A DNA stretch of 64,000 nt. Source: the human T2T-CHM13v2.0 reference genome, Homo sapiens. Position 1 is the stretch's first letter; every line of letters starts with the position of its first letter. Below, piece by piece: positions 1 through 30,157 of this stretch. The notes under the pieces were generated by a model. The model had not been told where the DNA came from. It saw only the letters and a list, made by a program, of their open reading frames with translations, and did no database searches. Both the position numbers and the translations under genes were made by a program. The stretch lies in the NCBI RefSeq assembly GCF_009914755.1, contig NC_060946.1; one strand, 5' to 3'.

Positions 1-175
1 CTGCTGGATCCAGAAGATGCTCAACCCTCAAGGCCTCTGCTGCCACTGACAGCTGGCACTGGAGGCAGGACAAGCCCTGCCTCTTCTCCCTCTATTGGGA
101 CTGGTCCCCTGAAGAACCCTGCAACATGTTAGACATTACCGTAAAATTAAAACGCACAAATTTGCAGATCTGTAT
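1..175 (+). other. AIFM3: Probable 3' UTR end of the upstream gene, with ATTAAA poly(A) signal at 146-151
   Basis: ATTAAA seen at 146-151; no coding exon is present. The gene identity rests only on recalled synteny (AIFM3 ends about 1 kb upstream of LZTR1). Confidence 0.5.
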
Positions 176-689
176 GACTCCCAGTGTAATTGGGCCAATA
201 GGCACAGGACCAGACCACAGGGAAACAGGCACAATCACAGAATGCCAGGTGCCACACCAAGGAAATTTGGCCTGTGAACGCCCAGAGGAGGTAGCAACTA
301 ATTCTGCGCCCCAAGCCCTCCCACATCCCTCTCCCCCTCTGCGATCAGCGAACGCTTTTTGCTTTTGGCTCTGAGTTTTGAAGGAAGGGTATTCCAGGTA
401 GAAGGGACAACATGCCCAAAGGTCTTGAGATAGTAAATGCTCCTTCAGAGGTGGCTCATGCTTGACACTTTGGGGCATTTGCCCACTTAGGGCTGTGGGA
501 GCTGTGTCCTGAGACAGACCCCATGCTTTTCATAGCCGGAGCATTCTCAATCCCCATGTCGGAGGTGAAGGAGCTGAGGCCCTGCTAAGTAGGAATGAGA
601 ATCCAGAGGCTCCTCGCCGGGCTGCCTCTCAGTCAGTAAGAAAGCCAAGGGGAGAGGGGAGTTGCTGGGGGTCAGGGCTGAGGGCGCTA

Positions 690-16130
<15,441 letters not shown>

Positions 16131-16874
16131 GGCCCTGTGGCGCCTGCCCATTGTGAAGAATCGCCGTGCCTGCCTGCCCTGCCTACTGAGAAGACTACCG
16201 GCTATGCGCATGCCTATGGCAGTGGGTGCACCTGCCAGGCCAAGGGTCAGGGTGCCCAGAGCCTCCAAAGAGAGCTGAGGGGATGTGGGGCCCCAAACTC
16301 ATTAATTCACTGAAGACACAGGTCCCACAGGGAGCGGATGATGAAGCAGACCCCCTCCTGTCATCACCCTCTCCTGGTGTAGTGTGGATGCGAGGCCACG
16401 GCTCAGTGATGGGCTCACCACCCAGAAGTGGGGAGAGACTTTGGGCCTCCCACCCAGTGGGGCTTGGCCTGGCTTCTGTGGCCTGGGCGTGTTGTGGACT
16501 CAGGCACTGGGGCCTGTCACCAAGGCTCCTCCAACATGCGGGAGGAGGCTTAGCAGACTTGCGCTGCACCAGCGAATCTGCCTGGGCTGCTCCTGTCCCA
16601 CCCACCCTCACTGAGATCCATGTAAGGGGCTCCTCTTCCCACCTGGAACTTGTGAGTGGGGACCCATGATGTATGGGTCTCACCTGACTTGAGGTGAATT
16701 TTGGAGTGAAGGGCCCTGAGGTCAGCTCCCAGGTCGGTCGTGCTGGGCCAGGCCTGGTTTTCACAGGGGCTGAAGGATCCCAGTCCACCTGTGTGCATGT
16801 CAGGGCTCGGCCGGGAAGAAGCCAGCAAAGTCCCCCGTGTCCCTTGCTGAGTATTCTGTCACAGACAAGCCTCC

Positions 16875-16880
16875 ATTAAA
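16875..16880 (+). terminator. LZTR1: Proximal poly(A) signal ATTAAA in the LZTR1 3' UTR
   Basis: Hexamer seen about 750 nt after the stop codon. Confidence 0.55.
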
Positions 16881-17784
16881 GCCACAGCAGTGCTACCCAC
16901 CACACACACCTTGCTGGCCCGGCCACCACTGCTGGCTTCAGCCCCTTGAGCAGCCCATGGCTTAGCAGACCCCCAGATGTAGGTCAGTGGCCTTACCTGT
17001 CTCTATCCATGCTGTCAACTCCTGCCTCCACCTGGGGTCACCCAGTCACATTGGGAAGGGCTGTGAAGGCCTCCAGGCTGGCCCCTTCCAGGGGAATCCT
17101 GGAGGCCTGGGGTGGGCTCCTGCCCCTTCTGCCCTGCCTTGCCCCTGCACTATGCTCTTGGCTCCTGTGGAAGGAGGGCTGCCCTCTTGCCCTAGTGAGG
17201 GCCCCATGTGGATCCACTCTAGTGCTGGGAGCCAGCGCTCCCTTACTGGGAACAGGATTCCAGGACCCCTTTCTTGTTGTGGCTGCCATGAAGCCACAGC
17301 TCCTTGGGGAAGTGACCTGCTCTCCTTTGGGTGTATGCAGGTGTGTGGGGGGCCCTGAGTGGCAAGTTGCTTAGCTAACAGGAGATCCATAGGCAGCCTG
17401 CAGGCTAGGAAGTGGCCTAGTGCAAGATGAGCTGGGAACAAGGGAGGAGAGAGCAGGAGCTGGGGCAGAGGCTGAGCCGGGAGGCCCTTGAGGTGAGGAC
17501 ACAGCAGGCCCAGGACCATGGCTGGGGAGGATATGTCAGCACCTGGAAGTGGAGTGCAGGCTGCAGCGCCCAGCCATGTGGGCCAGGTGCGCCAGGTGCA
17601 TTCACTCAGAGTGGGGCCACACACCCATCTACCCAGTTTCCACAAGATGTGGCTCCTGCCACACCCACAGGGCAGCCTCCTCCAAATCCCTCCTGGAGGG
17701 GCCTACCCAGAAGCCTCCTTGAACCAGTCTGCAACCCTGCTCTATGCTGACCCTTGTCACTGAACCCTGATCTAGACTTATATG

Positions 17785-17790
17785 AATAAA
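17785..17790 (+). terminator. LZTR1: Distal poly(A) signal AATAAA of LZTR1
   Basis: Canonical hexamer followed by U/GU-rich sequence. Confidence 0.75.
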
Positions 17791-18579
17791 TGAAATTACA
17801 TGCCAAGGGCCCTAAAAAGCAAATTTTACAAAATTGTGTGGCAGTTTCTGGGACTAGAATGAATTTCATTTGTGCTCCTCGGCAGGGAGAGGCCATACTT
17901 GCAGTGAGTCACCCCAAGACGGAGCTGTTTGAGAACTGCAGCTGCAGCAAGGCCTTCCAGGTTCCTGGGAGTTGAAGGAAAAGGATGCTGAGGCCAGGAC
18001 CTGAGTGCTTGTCTCCATGTTCTGGCCACCTCTTCCTAGATTTCCAGGGACTAGCTTGTTGGGGCTTTACTACCTGCTGACATGACCCAGGAGGTTGATG
18101 ATTGTCATCATCATCCCCGTTTTTCAAATAGAGATGGTAGTGAAGGGGGCGGGGAGAGGGTTGTCCAGCTTACCCACCAGGCTGATGGGGCCTGTGGACA
18201 GAAGCCTGTCATGCTCCTGCTTGAGAACCGGATCTAGACTGGGTTTTAGAAGTGTTCTCAAAGGGGCTGGCTGGTTTAAGTCAGGGCTGTTTCAGATCCT
18301 ATGGAAAGGGCGCCTGGAGCTGTCTTCCTGGCCCCTACTCACACCATCCTGCCCCTTCAGAGAACCCTGTGGGGCACGGAGCTGCGCTAGCAGGGCTGAC
18401 TGCCACCTGTCTACCAGTAGCTCTGAGGGGTGAGAGCCAGGCTCCCTGTTCTCCTTGGCAAAGAGCTTGGACTGAGCCCTCTAGGAGCTGCAGCCACTGT
18501 CTGGGGCAGCAAGCTTAGTACTCAGAGGGGCTCCAGCCCCCAGCTGAGCCAGACAGCAGGCCCTCCGTCTAGAATCCGC

Positions 18580-18585
18580 TTTATT
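18580..18585 (-). terminator. THAP7: THAP7 poly(A) signal (AATAAA on the - strand)
   Basis: TTTATT on the + strand, about 85 nt beyond the stop codon. Confidence 0.8.
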
Positions 18586-18670
18586 ATGGCACCTGGTGGG
18601 TCTGGTGGGATCTGAGGGAGGAAGAGGCTGCAGTCTTGCTGGGCAGCCCCTCGGTCAGTCCAGCAGCCCC

Positions 18671-20702
18671 TCAGGCCATGCTGCTGCTCAGCTGCATGGC
18701 AAAGTCCTGCACATGCTCCTTCAGAGTCTGGCGGGCATCTGCCTGTGCCCGCTTCTCCCGTGCCCGCTCCTGCTGCAGCTTGGTCAGTCTCAACCGCAGC
18801 CGCTGCTCCCGCCGCTTGCAGGCCTGCAGCTGGCGCTGGGCCTTGTCAAGGGCATCAAGGGCTGCCTCGGCTCGCCGCTTCCAGAGTAAGGCGCTGCCCA
18901 CCTGGTAGCTGTGTTCATTCTGGATGTAGGCTCCGGCGGGTGGGGGCAGGCGCAGCATATACGCTGAGGGGGAGACTGGCCGTGGTTCGAGAGGGGAGGG
19001 CTGCCGCTCTGGTGAAGGCTGGGCGCTGCAGCCTGCTTCATCTGCCTGGGCACCCAAGGGGCCCAGTAGGTCTGAAAAGGGGCTGCTAAGGCCAGGCTCC
19101 AGCCTCCCAGCTGGGGAGGCCGGCAAAGTGGCAGGTGCTGAGGCCTCTTCCACAGGAAAGCAGGTGACATCAGCAGGTGGAGGTGGAGAAAATGGAGTTG
19201 TGGGCCCTCGGCCCTCGGAGCAGCTGGTAAGGGGGAAGAGAGAGACTGATGGGCTAGGCTGAGGGCTTGCCAGACCCCCCTCCACCAGCCCACCTGATCC
19301 ACCCTTAACACCCAAACCCGATCCACAGGTTCTGTGTAGCAAGAACCCTGTCCAGCGAGACTGCTGGCAGACACCCCTAGGGCCCAGTCCCTCAGCCTAG
19401 GGGTGGGAGTGGGGCATCCCCCACCCATATCACATACCGCTTCCTGCATCGTCTGAGCCGGCTGACTTCAGGGGGGCCAGGTGGGTAACTGTGTCCTTTG
19501 GTCTTGGTTGTCCGGCGCAACTTGGAGAAAGACTCAAATATGGTGGGGACTGCCCCCTCCTTTAGCCTGTGATATCCACTGCGGGGAAAAGCAACCCAGA
19601 TGAGCTGGAGAGCAAGTGCTGCCTCCCCAGGCCAATCTGCCCCCAGCAGCAGCGCCGTGGGATGCTGGAAGGCATCGTGCAAACAATACGTCTGGGGAAC
19701 GCCAAGTTACAGCTACACCAATCGCTTCCCCGCAGGACTCCTCACAGTCCAGGTGTGTGGAAAGCCTGCATAAGCCGAGCTGGGCTGACCAGCCAGAAAG
19801 AATTCTTTGATTTGTGGACTTGCTGGCAAGACTGGGGCTCTGAAAGATACTCTCTGGAAAGGCTCCTGTTTTCCCCTTGTGTCACAGGCACAGTGATCCT
19901 GGGGGTGGGTTTCACTGTGCAGAGCTGGGAACAGGAAACAGCCCCCTTGGACGCAGGCTGCTCAAGGGACTTCCATGACCTGCAGCTGTCCCAGTCCGCC
20001 GGGAGCCCCACATCCTACCCCAGCGTCGGCCGGCAGGGAGGCCCACCTGATTCCCACCAGCTCAAAGCAGTCCTCCTCAAAGTGTTTGGAGCAGAAGTAG
20101 ATGTACTCGGATGCCGGGTCCCACAGGCCCTGGCCGCTGGGGTCCAGCCGCTGGCAGTTGGCCAGCCACAAGCCTCGCCTCGGGTTGTCCTTCTTGGGAA
20201 GTCTGTGGAGCCACAAACCCGTGAGCACCAGGCTGTCCACAGCCCTGGGCTCATGCTGCCCAAGCACCCCAGAGGGGAAACGCAGACCCAACACGCGCCG
20301 CCACGAGACCTCCCTGCGACCCCGCCGGGTAAGCACCACCGCCCGGGCACAGACGAGGCAACGGAGGCCTCGAGAAGAAAAGCAGTTTCCTCAGCGTCAT
20401 CTGGCAGGTAACAGAGTGGGGCGGGTCCAAGCCGGCTAGACTTCCCGTCCTCCCCTTCCCGACTGCATTCAGTCCCGCCGGGACCGTTCCGCTTCACCTC
20501 CCACCCACAGGTTCAAGCCTCCTCAGTATCTGAGAAAGGCGCGAAGCCTCTACGCAGTTGCGACCCGAGGCGAGCAACAACTAGCGCATGCGCACGTGAG
20601 CCCGCGGCGCACGCGCGCTGACCTGTGGAAGGAGATGCCGCGGTTGCGCGTCTCGCGCGTGTCCCGTGTGCAGCAGCCGGCGGCGGAGCAGTGACGCGGC
20701 AT
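18671..20702 (-). CDS. THAP7: THAP7, THAP zinc-finger transcriptional repressor, 309 aa, 4 coding exons
   Basis: Exons 20702-20623, 20202-20047, 19578-19438, 19223-18671; total 930 nt. THAP C2CH domain ([11 protein letters not shown]...FHRLP...W...CSKHF...AVPTIF), EHSY HCF-1-binding motif, C-terminal coiled coil. Confidence 0.97.
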
Positions 20703-21330
20703 CTGGGAAAGAGGCGGGAGTTAAGTCGCAAGCGGCTCTCCGGGCATCCGGAGGAGCCTCGCGCCTCCAGCCGCCGCTCCTCCCCAAGGGGCTCTGGCCT
20801 GTCGGGTCCCCCCCGGCCCGTTGTCGCCCCAACCCCGTCCCAGCCGATTCTCTTGACTTCTGTCAGCGGCACTCACGCTCTGGCCATTGCTGCGCCGCCG
20901 AAGTCTCGCGAGGGGTAGCGCGCGCCGGAAGTTGGTACCATAGAGACTGGAGAGCCGGAGGTGCCCCCGCCACCGGGGCGGGGCGGGGCGAGGTCCTAGC
21001 TAGCTGGGTTAGTAAGCGGCGCGAGCGTGCGAGTTTCTGTCGCGCCCGCGTCGTCCCAGCTCCCTGGACTACCAGTATTGTCGCCCACGTGGGCTTCTCT
21101 TTCGTCCGCTCAGGCCTCACTTTTCTCCGTAAACACCCCGGCACGATGGAGCGGCCCCAGCGTTCGGGAGCGGCCCGGGAGCGGAAAGCGGCAGTGTCCT
21201 GGGAGCCTCGAAAGCCGCAGGGGCGGCAGCTCGCCTCGGAATGACCTCTGACGGAAGAAATAAAACGGGGCCTGGGACGCTTGCACGAAAGAACCCGACA
21301 AAAACCAGAGCCCGCACTCACTCTCGTACT
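20250..21330. promoter_or_regulatory. Bidirectional CpG-island promoter of THAP7 and its antisense partner
   Basis: CpG island. NRF1-type GCGCATGCGC at 20584-20593 overlapping E-box CACGTG at 20593-20598; TCTCGCGAG at 20904-20912; ETS CCGGAAGT near 20925; tandem GC boxes near 20975-20990. Confidence 0.85.
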
Positions 21331-21421
21331 GGGGAGGTGGACTTCAGGGAGGGTTATCTGGAGGAGGAATCTCTCAAAGTACAACACAGGAGAAAGACAG
21401 TATCGCAATACAGAAATTTTA

Positions 21422-21625
<204 letters not shown>

Positions 21626-21743
21626 TAGCTCTCCTAGCGTTATGGTGGGGAATACAGAGGGATGGTTGCCTGCCGCACCCTCCCCTCACTATTCTTCGCC
21701 TTCTTCAGCCTCAGCTTCCACGGAATCCATGCCCACATCTTCA

Positions 21744-21971
<228 letters not shown>

Positions 21972-22069
21972 TCAGAGATGGGCAGCATAGAATGAAGTTT
22001 ATATTGGCCTCAGAAATGGGAGCTCATTAAAAATCAGAGCTGTGGACCAGTTCCAACACTGTGTTTTAA

Positions 22070-22420
<351 letters not shown>

Positions 22421-22937
22421 TTATTACCCATATTACCCATACAGTAAAACACATGAAAAAGAATGAGAACCCTGTCTTGGGATATAAATACATCCAAGGT
22501 ATATTGTATACTTTGTAAAAAGAAAAGTGAGTTGAAGTCTATGTATTTATGTGTAAAAAAATCCATGTAATAACATACACAGGCTAGAACCTTGGGCAGC
22601 TAGGGTAGCATCATGCCGGAGGAGGACAAACGCCTGCTGAGGTGGTGACCCTGCCTTGCCCTGCCAAGCACGTAGCAGTTAGCACCAACTAGATACAGAC
22701 ACACTCCACAGGAGTTGGAAGGGGCAGAGAGAAGGGTTCGTACCCTGATCAGGGAGTGTCCTCCCACAACTCTAAGGCCAAGCCTATCAGCCCTTCCAAG
22801 TGGGAGTGCTGCCAGCTTTCTGTTTACTGTGACCACCTGTGTGCAGCAATTGGGTCTGTCACCTACAGGAAAGGGACATACATATCTGCTGGCCACTGTC
22901 AACATCACCTGTATAACAAGAGATTAATATGCCTTGA

Positions 22938-25385
<2,448 letters not shown>

Positions 25386-25796
25386 GAATGTATGGTAAAT
25401 CACACTAAGACTGACAGAAAGGAACTTAAGAGCAAAGAGAATTAATTCAACAAGGTCCATCTAAGGCTGGACTATCTTCTGGGGGGAGGAGAGGCTGTGA
25501 CTTTATCTCCCCACAGACTAGCCTCCCTACTGTCTCACAAGACTTAGTTACAATAGGAAACCTCTGCACAGCATAGCATCTCCCACAGTGCCTGCCAGCT
25601 AAGGATGTCTTCACCTTCCAAATGTAACACTAATTGAAAGAAAAATTCCTCTACTCAAGTTGAGAGGCTTAATAATTAGACACAGAATGGAGGGTTTCAC
25701 CTCCTACCTGTAACATCTAACATCTAAGGTCTGTAATCCTCCTATGTAACATGTAATGAACATTCCAGGTTGGTGTAACTGTTGTAGATTTTACCC

Positions 25797-25803
25797 TTCT
25801 TTT

Positions 25804-25840
<37 letters not shown>

Positions 25841-26118
25841 AGACAGTCACGCTCTGTTGCCCAGGTTGGAGTACAGTGGTGATCTTGGCTCACTGCAATC
25901 TCTGCCTCCCTGTCTCAAGCGATCCTCCCACCTCCACCTCCCCATTAGCTATGACTGCAGGCATGCACAACCATACCTGGATAATTTTTATATCTTTTGT
26001 AGAGACAGGGTCGCACTATGTTGCCCAGGCTGGTCTTGAACTCCTGGGTTCAAGCAATCTTCTCACCTGGGCTTCTCAAAGTGCTGGGATTACAGGCATG
26101 TGTCACTGAGCCTGGCCG
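25797..26118 (-). mobile_element. Old Alu (AluJ-like)
   Basis: Long poly-T followed by diverged Alu arms. Confidence 0.85.
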
Positions 26119-26933
26119 ATTTTACCCTGTTCTATGAATCACTTTAAATCTGTCAACTTAAAGATGGTTTGCATCAACGTGAGATGAAAAAGAGAGATCT
26201 GTGTCAAGGTGTTGTAAAGTGGCTGAGAGAGGGCCAGACAGATTCAAGAAGTTGTGTGCGTTCAGAGGCAAGTTATGGCCATTCCACATGGGAAAAAGAA
26301 GACACATACCTGTGACTTTCTCATATCATTTCAATCTGGAATGATCCTGGAACTTGCAACTCCTCAAACACCTTCAGAACTCATTGAGACTTATAAATGT
26401 GGGATCTATAGCTTTGCCTAATGTGGGAAACCACTGTAGACAGGGGCTCTTAACTAACCATAGGGCACAAAGTTGACCAACACAGGTGTGGTGAGGCATT
26501 TAGCCTAGTCATCACAACAGATCTTCGAGCCTGACATTCTGTTATTTGGCTTCCAAATACATGGTACTTTTCTTTTGGTAGACAACTGACTATAAGCATA
26601 GCTAAAGGAGCACCAAATCATCAGTCTGATTGTGTGTGAGGCAGAGGTCTCTGCTTGGTTTGGAGAAAGGGCAAAGACCTGCCTTTGGTCTTCACAGTAA
26701 ACACTGCACAATATATTTAAAAATCTTTACAGAAATATTAGTGTTGCCCAAAATTCAGTGACAACAGGTGACCAAGATGATGTAAAGTGTAAAAACCACT
26801 ATTTATAACACAAAAAATGATAACATAGAACCTGACAAATTACTAAAGTGAGCAGTGGAGTAATGTGGAGGACAGACCAGGACCTGCAGTCAGATAATCT
26901 CTGATTTCTCTCTGCATCACTTGCTGCCTGTGA

Positions 26934-27289
<356 letters not shown>

Positions 27290-30157
27290 TCAGCCTCTGT
27301 TTTCTAAAGTGTAAGATACTGGTAATATTGCCCCATGAACTTTAAAGGGTAGTGGTTAAGGTATGAGGGAACATAAAGTATTTGGTAAAGTATAAGGCGG
27401 TAGGAAATAAATTACTAAAATTATTATCCTTGCAACCTAGCTGACGTGAAAAGGGGTTGTCTCCATAAAGGATGCGGGCCTTCAGGGGCAGCATTATTCT
27501 GCAGGTCTCCTGCTTCCTGATGGCACAAGGACTCCACATCACCCAGTCCTACCTTAAATCCAATCGGACACCAGTCCACAAACTGGTTGGTGTGCTTGCT
27601 CTTGATGGTGGCGACAGCCGCACTGACATCTTTCAGGACCACATCCCCTCTGTACAACATGCAGCAGGCCATGTACTTGCCATGGTGAGGGTCACACTTG
27701 ACCATCTGATTGGCTGGCTCGAAGCGGGCACTGGCGATCTTGGCCACGGACAGCTGCTCATGGTAGGCCTTCTTGGCTGAGATGACCAGGACGTAGGTGG
27801 CCAGGGGGAGGTGGATGTGGGGGTATGGCACCAAGTTGGTTTGGAATTCTGTCAAGTACACATTCAGGGCCCCATCAAATCACAGGGAGGCCGTGATGGA
27901 GGACACGATCTGCCCAGACGACTGAGGTTGGTGTACGTGGGACACTCGATGTCCAGGTTGTGCTGACATGTCATAGGTGGCTTTGCTGTCGACTATGAAG
28001 GCACAGTCAGAATGTTCCAGGGTCGTGTAGGTGGTCAGGATGGAGTTGTAGGGCTCCGTCATGGCCATGGAGACCTGGGGGGCTGGGCAAATGGCAAACT
28101 CCAGCTTGGACTTCTTCCCGTAGTCCACCGAGAGCCGCTTCATGAGCAGAGACACGAACCCAGAGCCAGTGCCGCCCCCAAAGCTGTGGAAGATGAGGAA
28201 GCCCTGCAGTCCCATGCACAGATCTGCCCGAGAGAAACCAGACAACGTAAGCCAATGCCCGTGGGAGCCACACCACCAACCTCCACCAAGCCGGGGCCAC
28301 TTCTCTTTGCCTCTGAGAGTTGATACGGATTCAGACCATCCATAATGAACACGCATCACACTTTGAAGCAGAGAAAAGCAGACAATACAGATCTATGCAC
28401 AAATCACCACGCACACTTCACAGTAAGACGTTGCAGAGGTCTAGGAAGGCTGGTTTGAAGAAATACACAGAAGAAAAACGGATGGACTAACCAGAGCGCT
28501 CAGCCAGCCTGCTGGACTGGCACCCGTGGCTACAGACACTCTTGTTTAGCACCATGGAGAGCTCCCTGCACAGAAGCAAGGACTCAGGGCATTGCCCCCT
28601 CTCTACCTGAGAACTAGACTCAGCGCCCAGCACTGGATTTGATAATACAGGTACTCAAATACATGTGCTTTCCTCTTTACTCAGACACTTCTAGGGCTGG
28701 CAGGGTCAGACAGTAATCCCCCACTTTGTGGGGAGGCCCTGTTTTTGCTGAACAGCTCAAGGGCAGGAAGATTCTTTCTTCCACACACCCCTGCAACTGC
28801 CAATACTTGTTCTGTGTGACCCTTGCAGCCATCCTATGCGGTAGGTGCTACCATTGCCATGGATCAAGTGGGGACGCACAGATCCAAGCTCCTTCACCTC
28901 TCAAGGGAGTTGGGCCCTCCCACAGATCTCTTGGAGGAAAAAAATGGCCTTGCTGGGCCTGTCGATTTCCAGTCCCCACCCACCTCCCTCATGTACATGT
29001 GTCTGTTTGTGAAACCTTCATAGCACCTTAGCTTCCAGGCCCTCCATCCCGGCTGCCTCTCTGGCACTTGCCCTTTTACTGTGCGGGTCCAAAGAGACAC
29101 CTATGTTCAGTTTGTCAAAGTCTGAAATAAGCCTGTCTTTTAATTTCACTGACTCCCAGTAGTAATTTTTTTAGAAGACAAACTGCTTCTCTGGCAGTTA
29201 CACTCCAGGGCCAATTCTCAAAGGCCAAGTCTGGTGCCACCCCACTCCCTCTAAGCTGCTTGAGCCAGATGAGAGCTTCTGAAATGCTGCAGAAAAGAGC
29301 TCTCCTGGGGCATCCATTAAAATGCAGATTCACCGGCATTCCCCTAAGAGTATGGTTCAGCAGGTCCAGGGTCAACATCTGCATGCCTCACCCAGGGTCA
29401 CAGGTGATTGTTACTATTATTGGACCATTTGAGGAGAGGCAGGTAGAAGTGCAAATTCCTGGCAAAGCAAACACTCAGGGGCATGAGAGTGATGAGACCA
29501 AGGAATCCCAACCATGTCTTCTACCTCACCTGGAACAAAATCTATACCCTTTTTGCCACGGCCTACAGCCCTGCAGCCCTCTGCCCTCTCCACCCCACAG
29601 CCTGGCCACGCTTCCCTGGCTCCCTAGCCTAGGCACACTGCTGTCTGCCAGTCTGGGAAACAGGCCCGCATGCTCACTGTTCCTCTGCTTGAAATGCTCT
29701 CCCTCTGATCTTGCCATGGCTGACTCCTTCCCACCCTGCACATTTCAGCTTAAATGTCACCTCACAGAGGCCTCCCCAGCCACCTCTTTAAAGCAGGGGG
29801 TCCCCATTCTTCTCTAGAAGCATAAACTATTTGTTTCTTTTGCAGTGCCAATAATTACTCAGAATGATGTTATTAACATTGTCCCTTGAGGTCAGGAACT
29901 TGGTTTTGTTCAAGGTGGATCCCTGGTGGCTAAGTCAGTGCCCAGCACATACAGCAGCGCGCAATGAGATATTTGTGGAAGGAATGAAGAGTTCCGTGTG
30001 GCTGGAGTGGAAGAGGAGTGGGGCAAGGTGGGGTGTGGGGAGCAGGAACCAGAGCACATGCTCCCTGGCGATGTGCAGCGCGGTCCTGCCAACCCCCACC
30101 CATCCCTGCCCCAGGAAGCTGAGCTTTCATGGCCATGGTGCCCTGCGCAGGCGTTAC

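Noticed and set aside
19569-21408. 280-, 192- and 181-aa ORFs around the THAP7 promoter
   Set aside because: CpG-island low-stop artefacts with no recognisable domain, mostly with non-ATG starts.
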